Source: Bipalium vagum | Lineage: Eukaryota | Length of the DNA: 33,392 nt | Reading direction: 5' to 3' | Assembly (NCBI GenBank): GCA_037834085.1 | Contig: JBBMKC010227212.1 | Location: forward strand, 1 to 33,392 | Shown: positions 1 to 10,834 of the stretch, piece by piece | Numbering within the stretch: the stretch's first letter is position 1 | How the letters are laid out: each line of letters begins with the position of its first letter | Program-made: the position numbers and the translations under genes | The notes under the pieces: generated by a model | The model's database searches: none | Told to the model about the DNA's origin: nothing | The model's input: the letters and a program-made list of their open reading frames with translations, nothing else

Positions 1-1323
1 TTTAAAATAATAATAAAATAATTTTAATTCAATTTTAATAATCTTAAAAAAATTATTATTTAAAAATACTCTTTTGTTTTTTTTTAATTTTTATAATTTT
101 AAAAATTTTTATTTTATTAAAAAATTTATTTTTTTTATATTCGAAAAATGTTTCTAAAATTATTATTAAAAAAATAATAAATAATTTCCATAAGAAATCT
201 TAATGATAATCATAATATTTAAAGTTAATCAGTTGTTAAGCATCGAAAATATAATTGAAAATTATCTCTATTAAAATAGATTCTTATAGAAATGCAAAGA
301 AACTCTGGAGAAAATTGGGGATTTCTCCGAAGAAATCAATATTGACAGGATATCACAAGAAATGTCTCAAGATTTCTCTACCATCTCCGAGAGAAGAATA
401 TATATAATTTAGAAATTTATTTTACATAATTTTAATTATTCTTTTCTGAATGAAAATCAATTGGGTCTGCATGAAAGTTTCACAATTTCATACAGAACGG
501 TCTCATAATCTCTGAAATGAATTTTTTTATATTTATAAATATATAAATAAAACAAATCAACTTCACTAAAATATTTGCTTTGAAATTTGCGAAATCAGAA
601 ATTATTTCAACTAAGACTGGGGGGAAGTGTTTTCCTTGGAGCTGTTTTGCGGCAGCGTTGACATAAATAATTAATTAATTTATCACTAAATACGAACCGT
701 ATATATCCGGATGAAATTTATGTAAAACCGAGACTCAAACCTTTGTTCTGAGAGATTTTCCTCTTTTAATTTATCTCCCCGCATTTTTATTGAAAAAAGG
801 ACTTCATCAAAAATATAATCTAATTTAAAAATGAAAGTAATTAAAATTTTTAATATCAACTTAAAAATAGCTTTAATAATAAAAAATGATTAGTACTATT
901 ATCATCATTTTTTTATAATCATAATTATTATTATTTTATTTATTTTGAATTTTTTTATATTAAAATAATTTTAATATAATTTTAGTCGTTGTTTGTCAGC
1001 TCTCTATTTTACTCATGTCTTATTGTATTTTCATGATCACTTTTTTTTTAGAAATAGATATTTCTAAAAATTCACCAAAGTTCTTATTTACCGTTTATAT
1101 ATATTCTTATTGAAATGTGTTATGTAACTTTAAATTTTAATAAAAATTGCTTCATTGTCTTACTATCTTCTACCCAAAATGACTAACAGGTTCATGTTTT
1201 TTAAAAAAAAAGTTTTTCTACAATCACAAAAATTTTACTTTGGAAATATTTGAGTGGAAAAATGACCTTCAACATATTTTGTGATGCATTTAAATAAAGA
1301 TTTGATCAAAATAATTTTAAATA

Positions 1324-1670
1324 ATTAGGGTGAGTTATAAATAATTTCGTCTTTGTATGAAAGAATGAAGTAAATTAATTAAAAATTTTTAAAGTTTCAA
1401 ACTCACCTATCTGCCAGTTGTTTCATCTCTCGTTGATACCAGTCTTTGTTTTTGGACACAAAAAAAACCTTGACTTCCCTTTTCCAACTATTCCAAATCA
1501 TAAAAGGTACGCATTTTAAGGAAATGCTTCATTGATCGGAAAAGATGAAAATCCGATGAAGCTAGGTCAGAATTATATGCTGAATGTGGTAAAAACTGAA
1601 CAGATTCCAATTCCTTGATTTTTCTTAAATTTTCTTCGTGATATGTGGTCTGGCATTATCTTTCTGCATT
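1324..1670 (-). mobile_element. Mariner (DD34D) transposon 3' fragment: C-terminal transposase remnant plus probable right TIR
   Basis: Manual minus-strand translation across frameshifts: QKDNARPH...KIKELESVQFLPHSAYNSDLASSDFHLFRSMKHFLK...FVSKNKDWYQREMKQLADR*. This matches the mariner HDNARPH and YSPDLAPSD motifs. A TIR-like sequence, ttagggtgagttataaataatttcg, lies at ~1325-1349. Confidence 0.9.
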
Positions 1671-2509
1671 GAATTTTTTATTTTTTATTTAATATAAGAT
1701 TTTCAATTATAACATTAATTTTATATTTAATTTTAACCGTAAAAATTCGGCATAAAAAGATCGGTAAAAAGTTTAATTAAATCAAATTTATTAATTATTT
1801 GCCATATTTTATTAAAATATTTATCAATGAAAAAAAAACGATTTTACTTCATGAGCCTTCAATGAATTACATTTCAATTAACTTTAAATTTAGATGTAAT
1901 AAACCTTTAAATCCTAAAATGTAATGAGTAGATGACTGATAAAATTAAAAATTTATTTTGAAATGTAATAAATATTTTCAAAAGAAATTAGCATTAATAA
2001 ATCATTAAATCATTAAATTGTTTTAAAGTATTAAATAAGCAAAATAAAGAAAAATTTTATTGTGAAATTTGATATAAAATTTAAGACGAACAGCTTTATT
2101 ATTTCCTTTAAGATCTAAAAATCATAATGAAAAAGATATTTTAAATTTATTTATTGAATTATCAAAAATCTTCGCAATATATTTTAATAAAAACAAAAGC
2201 AAGATTTATTGTAAGATTTATTAAAAATATTTTTTATAAAAAATAATTGTTATCCTAGTTATTAATTCAAATTAAATAAATTGGTTAATAATAAGAATTA
2301 AATTAAACATTGTAAATTTAACATATTTGTTGGATTTGCTAAATGCACAAACCATAAAATAATGAGATTAATTATTAATATTATTATTATTATATGAGAT
2401 TAATAATCATAATCATAAGATTAATAATAATATTAATTAAAAAAAGAAAACTTTTTAAAATGTTTTTAGAAAAATTAATAAAAGTAATATATCAAAATCT
2501 CGTCTTTGG

Positions 2510-2960
2510 GTAATTAAATTTGATTCAAGGAATATATCCCGTGATCGGGATAATAAATTAATTTTTTAACTAGTTTTACCTTGGCGTGAAGATAAAGTTA
2601 GGATTAATGGGCTATTTAAGGAAATAGCCGTTTCAAAGTGTAAGGATTGGACTAATTTCTACTACTATATAAAGAGACGGCTATTCCCTGAAAGCCACCC
2701 CTAATAAAATGAACCCAGAAAAGACAAAGGCGAAGACACTTTGAGGATTACTACCCTAGTAATTTCAATTTTTAGCTATGGTGATAATGCAAACGTGTTT
2801 AACAAAAGGGCTCAGAGAGTTTGGGAATCCCTAGGTGACATGAAAAGAACCTAGAGGACGACCCAGAGATCCCTTGTCACTCCTCGTGAGATTGTTATAG
2901 ATTTCCTTTTATTTTATTTTTGTGATTTTTAATAAATATTTGTTTTATATTATTGTGAAA
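2510..2960 (+). repeat. GC-richer interspersed repeat, LTR-like, rich in hairpins
   Basis: TATA-like tatataaa at ~2666 is flanked by an imperfect inverted repeat (ggaaatagccgtttc ~2620 / gagacggctattccc ~2674). Several small hairpins and an AATAAA at ~2931 are present. A 77-bp block (2817-2893) recurs inverted at 21779-21855. Ends not defined. Confidence 0.4.
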
Positions 2961-4739
2961 TTTATAATCATAAATTTTTTAGCATCATTATTATACTTTG
3001 TTTTTATTCATTTGTGATCATTTGTTATTAATGAATGTTGGCTTTTTGTTATATTTTTATTGACATTGGATCAATGGATTACGAAATGTAGGTTAGATAT
3101 ACATAAGTATTTACACGATAGTCATAACTCGTATATATGTTTAAGTATCTAAATGATTTTTCTATATAGTTACAAGGGGCTTATCGCAAGGCTCACCATC
3201 TGTCGAAGAAAGTGTAAATAGTAAAAGAATCACGAATAAATAAAGCGATTAACAAAAATAAGATATAATTGTTATCAAAACTGCAAGGTTAGCTCTATTA
3301 TACAAATTTATATTTCACAAACACAATCAATAATTATTCAATTAATAAAATAACTTCTTGACTTTCTTTTTCTTTTTTGCTTTTTCTTTGAGTGTTGCGG
3401 GGATTGAGTGTGGTTTGTTATCAATTTTACTGTAGAACTCAACATATGCATGTTTCATCCGCCTTATTCGCCACACACTGCCCCTTCCGACTATAATATC
3501 TTTTGATGGATGAGTGATGACCTGGATAATGTCCACTTCTAATCTTACGGAGAATGCAAAAAGTGGATGTAGTCTTGGATTTCCTCTAAAGATAAACAGT
3601 TCTTTCGTATCGGAATTTATATGGTACCCGAGAAATTGGAGAAAGTAATACTTAACGATGAACAATAATTTGAACAAAAATATATTGTTTCAACTTTTCA
3701 TATAAAGCTTCTTATTCACAAAGACCCTCAAAGTCTATTTGTATACTTAATAAATAAAGAGCTAAAAAGAAAATATATTTTATATTCAAACTTCACATAC
3801 AACAAATATTTCAACAACTTCTTAAGCTTGTGCATTTTAACATTCATTTGTTCTCTTACCAAGAAAGAGTCTTCCAAACCACCCTGAACTCTCGTAGTTA
3901 TAAGAATTATCTATAATATCATATGCTAAGAGGAAAAGATCTCGATTTAAATTCCCTTCTGATTTAATGAAGTTATGTTAAAATGTGATCTTGTCGGTCA
4001 ACCTTCCCATATCAAATTAAGATGGAAAGTAACAGTATTCCTTAGATGATGTCGAAGGAGGAAATTTAGAACTTACGTATCATAATACAAATCTGCTCTA
4101 TTATTATGGATGACATTTTCATTGTTGATATGATAATTAATATTTTAAAGTCTTATGAATTTTTTCTTGTTATTTTTTCATATTGAGTTTTAAAAAACTA
4201 AAAATTATTTAATGAAATTATTTTTTAATATATTATCTCATAATCCTATTTAAAAGAAAATTAAATATTATATTTATGTTTATTTAATTTGTTTAAACGT
4301 GTGTATTAATCTACTATTAATTTTCATTCTGAAATGGCCAATTTACATTTTAAGGAAATGAATTTAGTCTTCTTAATTATCTTGCTGCCATTTATAACTA
4401 ATGAAAAGGTAATTGAATATTATTTTTTTAATATGCTAGTAAATATCTAAAAAAATTCTATATATTAAAGTACATTTAACTAATTCCTATGTATTTACTT
4501 TATATGATCAGTATTTGAAATTAATTTTGGCTATGGTATAGTATCTACCCCGTTTTTTAATTATGAATGACATTTTTAATGTAAAATTTTATTATGAAAT
4601 ACGAAAATTTCAAAAAATAATAGTAAAAATAAAAAATTTTAATGAAATTAAATATTAATTATGTAAATTATACATCCTGTTTTGTTTTTATATACCTGTA
4701 ACGAAAATGAAGTCATTCTTAATTTAATGTAATTTTAAT

Positions 4740-5714
4740 TTACAACACAATTAATTCCACATTAATCTTAATCAATAAACATAAATCATTGTTGAGTAAA
4801 TCTATTATAGAATTTTTTTCATCAATTTTAAGTTTTACGTGGAGAAAATTTTTATCCAGCTCAACTGTGTTAAAATGGAAGTTGCATCTTAACACATTCT
4901 GTTCCTCTTTATTGGGATAACCAAGAATACTGAATATTTTGATTAATTGATCCATATTATCTATTCCTTGAAATAGTGGTTCAGCATTGATCATATGGAT
5001 AAGAACAATAGCAGATGACCAGATGTCAATAGTAAACTTGTAATCTGTATTTCTGCATAATATTTTTGGAGCTTTATAATATCTTGACCCAACGTTGATT
5101 TTCAATTTCTTCGAACAACCGAAATCAGCTATTTTAACATTATAATGTTCAATATCAAGAAGAATGTTTAAGCTTTTGATATCTCTGTGTGCAATTTGAT
5201 GGTCATGTAAAGACTGTAGGCCAAATAAAATTTGCTGCGTAAGCGATTTTCTAATATCCCCTGGGATCAATTTTCCTTCTTCGTTATATTTATGCATTAA
5301 GTTATGTAAATAATCCGGAAAACTTTCCATTAATAAATTTAATTTATTTTTACTGTAAAAGTAGTATTTTAAAGTAACTATGTTTCGGTGTAATCCACTG
5401 ATTTCTCTGTGAATGTCAAGTTCTCGTTTGTTTTTCCGTGACAAAATTTTAATTGCCAAATATTTCGAAACTGGTGGTCCATTGGAATATTTTGAGCACT
5501 CTGGCACAAAATCAACGAGAAAAACTTGACCAAATCCTTCTGAGCTCAAATTCCTAACGAATGAAATTTCGGCATTGATAAATTGCTTGCCTGACGCCAG
5601 ATGTGCTCTAACTTTATGATAGCGAACATTAACATTAGCTGAGTTAATGGTTAAATAGCTTAAATCGGATCTATAACTGAAAACACTCATAAAACACACG
5701 TCTTCAGTGTTCAA
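4740..5714 (-). CDS. GSK3: Divergent GSK3/shaggy-like CMGC Ser/Thr kinase, intronless; possible pseudokinase or young pseudogene
   Basis: 324-codon open frame with AIK, KRELDI (GSK3 NRELQI), HRNIVTLKYYFYS, HRDIKSLNILLD, DFG, SRYYKAPK (GSK3 SRYYRAPE), TDY..IDIWS, PLFQG..DQL.KI..ILGYP. The first ATG is at 5690; the ORF track start is TTG. The Gly loop is degenerate, the activation loop is short, and subdomain XI is not recognisable. Confidence 0.8.
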   Translation of the reverse strand: MNTEDVCFMSVFSYRSDLSYLTINSANVNVRYHKVRAHLASGKQFINAEISFVRNLSSEGFGQVFLVDFVPECSKYSNGPPVSKYLAIKILSRKNKRELDIHREISGLHRNIVTLKYYFYSKNKLNLLMESFPDYLHNLMHKYNEEGKLIPGDIRKSLTQQILFGLQSLHDHQIAHRDIKSLNILLDIEHYNVKIADFGCSKKLKINVGSRYYKAPKILCRNTDYKFTIDIWSSAIVLIHMINAEPLFQGIDNMDQLIKIFSILGYPNKEEQNVLRCNFHFNTVELDKNFLHVKLKIDEKNSIIDLLNNDLCLLIKINVELIVL

Positions 5715-7140
5715 TTAAAGAATTTCAATGGTGACAAAATAGCAATTTTTTTTGAAAATAAATTTAATTTCTGCTAATAAAATTCCTCGGAATACACGAT
5801 AATAATTATTAAAATCGAGAATAAATAATAATAATAATAATTTGGGAGATATTTCTTATCATTACGTGATCATCAATTATTTGTAATACAATATATAATG
5901 AGCGTGAAAGGAAATTCCAACATGTTTTTGAGAACGAGAACGGAAAAGATTAGGATGGTTTTCTTTCAACCTTGGCCTGTGACATCAAACAAACTTCCAT
6001 CATTACTCCGCATCTATTTTCGCCTTCAATGTGGATTGGTCAGCTAATCGGTTGCCAAAATCGACAATCACTGATGGACGTTTTCCTAAATTATATTGAA
6101 CCGTGATTTTTCGCGTCCTTGTTCTCGGCTGTCATTGAACTTAAACCATTATTTTATCGAACAAAGAATTCAAAAGCTCTTTAAATATTGATTAATTTAT
6201 TTTTTATTGAATTATTTTTATTCGTTTTAATTTCGATTAAAAACTATTTCAATCGAGTAATATTAATTTATTAACTAATAATAATATCAATTTTAATTTA
6301 AATCTGTTGAAAATTGATTTTATGTATTTGTAATTATTTATTATTTTGATACAATTATCCATTATTGATTTATTCTTTATTAAAATGAAAACAAATATTT
6401 GGACATGGGCGGCATTTCTGATTGCGTTTGAATTGAAAATAGGTCCCTTATTGGAGTTCATGTCATTTAATTTTAAAAATTTCTATCAACAGAATAAAAT
6501 TTCTAAAAAGAGATCAATCCTAAAATTCGCTTATAATTTAAATTTATGCTAATAAAAATGAGAAACAATTATTAAATATTACTATTAAAGTTTATGGCAA
6601 CATTTTTGTCTGATAGGTGGTATTTCACTTCTATTTTTATTTTTTCATTAATTTTGCATTTAGTGAAAATCAAAGTTTTCTATGTCGAAATATCAATTAT
6701 TTCAGTTTTCTGTTATTTTACAATAGTAATTGCAAAAAAAACTTTATATCATATAATAATTATTTTTCTGAAAAATAATAAATTTGGAACAAGATCATAA
6801 TTTGTGGAATTAACTTGAAACTCGGTTATGGTTCTTACTTGTACAATATTTATCTCAACTAGAGTCTTATTACAGAGTTTCCCAAATTCGCATCTTTCAT
6901 TTGAATTGCCGAAATTTTTAATGGGAACTTGAATGAATCATTTTACAGAAATTTTTATCTGAAAATAATTAATAAACGAAAAAAATTTTCATTTCAATAA
7001 GATTCTCAATTTTCTTTGTTTCTTTGTCGTTGCTATAATTGAAAATGTCATTGGTACTGTAAGGTTGTCAATCACTTCAAATAGTATAAATGGTAATTTG
7101 TCTTTTACACAAAATGCTTTAAGCCTATTTTCAACTCAAG

Positions 7141-7200
7141 TGTTAAGTTCCTAAAAGTGATTGATTTTAAGTTAAAAATATCGATAATGGGCTTTTAGGT
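7141..7200 (+). repeat. Dispersed repeat, 5' end of a putative LTR family (copy 1)
   Basis: tgttaagttcctaaaag...gggcttttaggt is shared with 32802-32856. It starts with TG, and cctaaaag/cttttagg form an inverted pair. Confidence 0.5.
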
Positions 7201-7589
7201 TAATCAGCAAAACATATATTACTATCAGAAGGATTTATGAAGTATAGTTCTGAATTGTAAATAAAATAGGAAAAAATGAAAACAAATCGATTAATACCAA
7301 TTGTTTTTATTTGTAAAAATGGAATTTTAAATGAGAATTCTTAAATCCTTTCAGTTATCCTGTAAACTGTGGAAAGGCCCTGAGGTAATTTCATGAGTGT
7401 GGCCCTAACTGCTGTGTAAATTACGAACAAAAAGAGAAATAGGGAGAATATAAAAATAAAAACAAAGGTAATGCTACTTAATAGTGATTGCCAGAAGATG
7501 CAAATTTAAATATAATTTTAGTGAATCTGTGCAAACTATAATAGTTTACCAGATTATATAGTAAATAACAATTTATAAAATAATAATAA

Positions 7590-7660
7590 TTAAAAGTAAT
7601 AATAATTAAAAATTAAAAGTAATAATAATTAAAAATTAAAAGTAATAATAATTAAAAATT
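7590..7660 (+). repeat. Tandem repeat, 23-bp unit x3 (taaaagtaataataattaaaaat)
   Basis: Directly visible; the single G recurs at 7596, 7619 and 7642. Confidence 0.9.
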
Positions 7661-7799
7661 TACTGCTTCAATAGCATGTACTGAATGTCGTCGAAGTTTT
7701 TAGTGTCCGCTTACGATTCTTAGGTCATTTATTATGTAAAAAGAAATTTTAATCATAAAATATGAATATAAAAATATTTGTATATGGAAAATTAAGTTT

Positions 7800-8160
7800 A
7801 CAATGACACAATTTTTACACATTTCATATTATAATTTTCTCCGAATGCTCATTGCAGACATATTTTCCACAAGTGTCACAAATTTGTTTAGAGGCTTTTT
7901 CTTTTGATAATAGACAGCAATGACATTTCCGTATTTTTCAACAACTTTGTTATCGAGATCAATTGTAGTAAAAGTATTGTAATAATCTGAATAATACGTA
8001 GTTATTGAAAAAATGTTTAACATTTTTCTGTTTGTTAAAAGGTGTAACCAAGTCTTGAAAGTTTTTTAAAAAATAATTTCCGATGTGAATTGCTTTTGGT
8101 TTTCTTCCAATCTGAAAAAAAATGTTTCCACGTGATTTCGACAGCTATACCACATTTTAA
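7800..8160 (-). mobile_element. piggyBac transposase C-terminal remnant including the cysteine-rich domain
   Basis: Minus strand: CGIAVEITWKHFFSDWKKTKSNSHRKLFLKNFQDLVTPF, resembling piggyBac W..K..RR.FL..L...LVTP. In a frame different from the listed ORF 7829-8023 it reads KIRKCHCCLLSKEKASKQICDTCGKYVCNEHSEKII..MCKNC (CxxC..CxxC.CxxH..CxxC). Confidence 0.8.
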
Positions 8161-8345
8161 TGCTGGTTAAAGAAAAGCAGTTTTAGAAAAAATAATCAAG
8201 TTGTTATAATCAATATAATCTTTTTTAATAACATATTATATAGTAAAATTGTTTTTCCTGAACCAGAAGGATCAATAATTAACATTCTAAAAATTTGTGT
8301 TAAATTTGAATGATGGTTAAATTTTACAGAATTAATCACAAATCA
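8161..8345 (-). pseudogene. Polinton-type (A32/FtsK-HerA-like) DNA packaging ATPase, N-terminal fragment
   Basis: KFNHHSNLTQIFRMLIIDPSGSGKTILLYNMLLKKDYIDYNNLIIFSKTAFL*P. The Walker A motif has its first Gly changed to Asp and is followed by the DY..L..F.K..QP segment typical of Polinton ATPases. Truncated at the piggyBac fragment. Confidence 0.8.
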
Positions 8346-8380
8346 AATTCGGTTTTTTAAAATATAATTTGACTTACTAT

Positions 8381-9179
8381 TTAAACTTGTTTGAGGTGAA
8401 TTTTAAAACTAATTTCTTCTCCATTAAAGTCTATTAATTCTCTGTTATCATCAATTATTCTAAAATTTATTACATGAATATTTTTTTTGTAATCACAGGA
8501 AAATATTAGGAAAAATTGGTTCTTTATTAATTTTATATCCTCTTTTTACAGTATTCTTAGGAAAATCATAAATAATAGTTGTTTTTTTATTATTAAAATG
8601 TAATCCACTTACAATATCACATTCAACCATAATTGTATTTATATCTGAAATATTAACTTTTTTAGAATAATGAACTCCTTGATAAGATTTATTAACTACA
8701 AATCCTAAGAAATGAATTTTGAACAGGAAAAAATATTTTACAACTTTTAGATATTTATATTATACAGTTTCCAGAAATTTGATGAGCAACAATCTTAAAA
8801 TAAAATTTATCTTTTTTTATACCAACTAACTCTGTCATATTTAAATTGGTACTCGATTTAATTAGATATTTCTGAAATTTCATATTCTCCAGGAGTTAGT
8901 TTGAAATTTAATTTTTTATTTTTACCTTTTGAATCTGTAATTTCTAAATTGATTCAAATTTTTTTTTCAGTAATATTACAAATTGAATTATAAGTTGAAA
9001 AATATACTAAACCTAATTCATAGTTTAAATCCTCTTTAAGTTTTAAAGGATAATCTAATCTTAATTTTATTTCTGAACTACTGCTTTTTATGAGAAATGA
9101 GAAAATTTTGAGATAAAAGGTTTGTTATTTTTTCTAAAGATTGGAAAGCTATGCTTCCAAGAGCTTCGCTTGGTTCCAT
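8381..9179 (-). pseudogene. Polinton/adintovirus minor capsid (penton-like) protein
   Basis: Across frameshifts: SSSEIKLRLDYPLKLKEDLNYELGLVYFSTYNSICNITEK; LTPGEYEISEI; FLGF..GVHYSKKVNISDINTIMVECDIVSGLHFNNKKTTIIYDFP..VKRGYKINKEP; YFPV; RIIDDNRELIDFNGEEISFKIHLKQV*. Stop codon at 8381-8383. Confidence 0.8.
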
Positions 9180-9236
9180 ATTTTTATTAAAAAAAATTTT
9201 TTTAAGTTATTAAAAATATTTTCGTAAACCTTTGGT

Positions 9237-9700
9237 TTAACTCTTTTTTGTTTTTTTTAATTTTTTTAAAATTAAATGATCAAGATTATCATGTACTGCT
9301 TTGTTAGCAGATAAATATTTTCTTAAAGTTACAAACTGATCAAGAGAATCTTTTGGTTTATAAATTTTATAACCTTCACTTTCTCTTTTTATATTTTCTA
9401 ATAAAAAATATTTATTTTGAATATTTTTTGTATAATTTGCTTTCATAGACTTTTGAACATATTTTATTAAATATATACATTAAATATAATACGTATAATA
9501 ATTCAAATCTTTTAAACTATAATCTCTTGCCCAGTTATTATAAAAAATATTACCATAATCTTCACCTTCAATTAATGATTTTAAATCTTCTGATAAGACT
9601 CCTGAATTTGCATCATTTTTTTTCTATAATTAATTTCATTACCAATTTTAAAAAACTCGAAAGAAATTTTATTTATTGTTAAAATATTTTTTTCCGATTT
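9237..9700 (-). pseudogene. Polinton-associated conserved protein remnant, upstream of the penton
   Basis: LSEDLKSLIEG...DYSLKDLNYY, then ORF 9237-9446 LRKYLSANKAVHDNL. These resemble the Y..DL..Y and LRLL.AS..AGN motifs I recall from Polinton ORFs next to the penton. Recognition from memory only. Confidence 0.4.
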
Positions 9701-10284
9701 ATTATAGTTAAGGGGCTTGAAAAAATTTGTTTAAGTTAACTATTTAAATCCATTAACTAACATTTTTTAAATTTAAAAATTTTAAATTTATTTTAAAAAT
9801 ACTTAAATAATATAGTAATTATGGTATTATTATATGAAAAAGAATGTTAAAGTAAGATAATTTATATATTTCCATCTATTTATGAATTGAAGATAATTTT
9901 TTTTCGATGAAAGCCTGCCAGTGTATCAATTTTTGGTTGGATCGAAATATTTTAAACAAAGTATCGGTTGTATTGATGCATGTTTCATATAAGGACAGTT
10001 TACATTTTTCAATGGGAAACTTGGAACTAAACGTCAAAAGTGACTAAATGTGACAACTTCATTGCTTACAAGATGAGATCGCTTCCTTTTTGTTCCTAAT
10101 TGTCAATTGATATATAGAGATTTACTGAGTTCTGCTTTTGAAGATATTTCATTTCGTAATTTAGTTGAGAAATAATTTATTTTTAAATAAATTTTTAATA
10201 AATAATTTTTATTATCAACAATCATAAAATGTGGCCGCCCTAAAGAAAACCGTATTTCGTTCTCTAAATCTAAAAATTTTTTTT

Positions 10285-10815
10285 GACTTGTTCAATTTTT
10301 TCATTAGTTAAAGTTTTATCACCTTAAGCTTTTATTTGAACAATATAAAGTGTTAATTGAATTTTCAATGATTTACAAATTTCTCTATAAAGTTTTTTTC
10401 TTTTGTAATATTTTTACTAATTGTTTTAGTAATAAATAAATTTAATCCAGTAAAAATTGAAATACCAATTGGAATATAAATAACTAACTCAATTCCTAAA
10501 GTAGAAACTCCTGTCATTTTTGCTGATCCAATTCCAATAATTCCTGTTACAACATTTGTTCCTAATTTTACATGAGAATCTTTTTTGTATATTTAAGTTT
10601 TAATTTTTTATAATGTGTTAATAAGTCTTCTAAAACTTTTTTCTCATTCATAAAATTTTTAATTTTTCTAATTGATAGATAAGTGAATTAGAAAATCTAT
10701 CATTTAAAAATCTATCTAGCACCAACGTTGCGCTTTGCAGTGCTCAATCATTATAATAAATATATTTATTTTCTAAATTTGGATATATTTTTTCAATAGG
10801 TGCACTTCCATTTTT
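10285..10815 (-). pseudogene. Polinton/adintovirus putative membrane-active protein (Gly-rich hydrophobic hairpin between basic helices)
   Basis: SAPIEKIYPNLE...KKVLEDLLTHYKKLKLKYTKKDSHVKLGTNVVTGIIGIGSAKMTGVSTLGIELVIYIPIGISIFTGL...KRKKLY..NSINTL..DKTLTNEK; frameshifted. Confidence 0.6.
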
Positions 10816-10834
10816 TTTAAATATTTTTAATATT

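Noticed and set aside
6249-6800. Short ORFs here and at 14728, 15948, 16994, 18317, 21741, 22482, 25395, 27004, 27335 and 27508
   Set aside because: Low-complexity I/K/F/L/N-rich frames expected by chance in AT-rich DNA, or antisense/alternative frames of features already described.
7590-7660. Regular repeats as a possible CRISPR array
   Set aside because: Head-to-tail units with no spacers, in a eukaryotic context with no cas genes.
9900-10260. Non-Polinton-looking segment within the viral block, possibly another transposase tail (EKCKLSLYETC)
   Set aside because: Too decayed to assign; no termini found.
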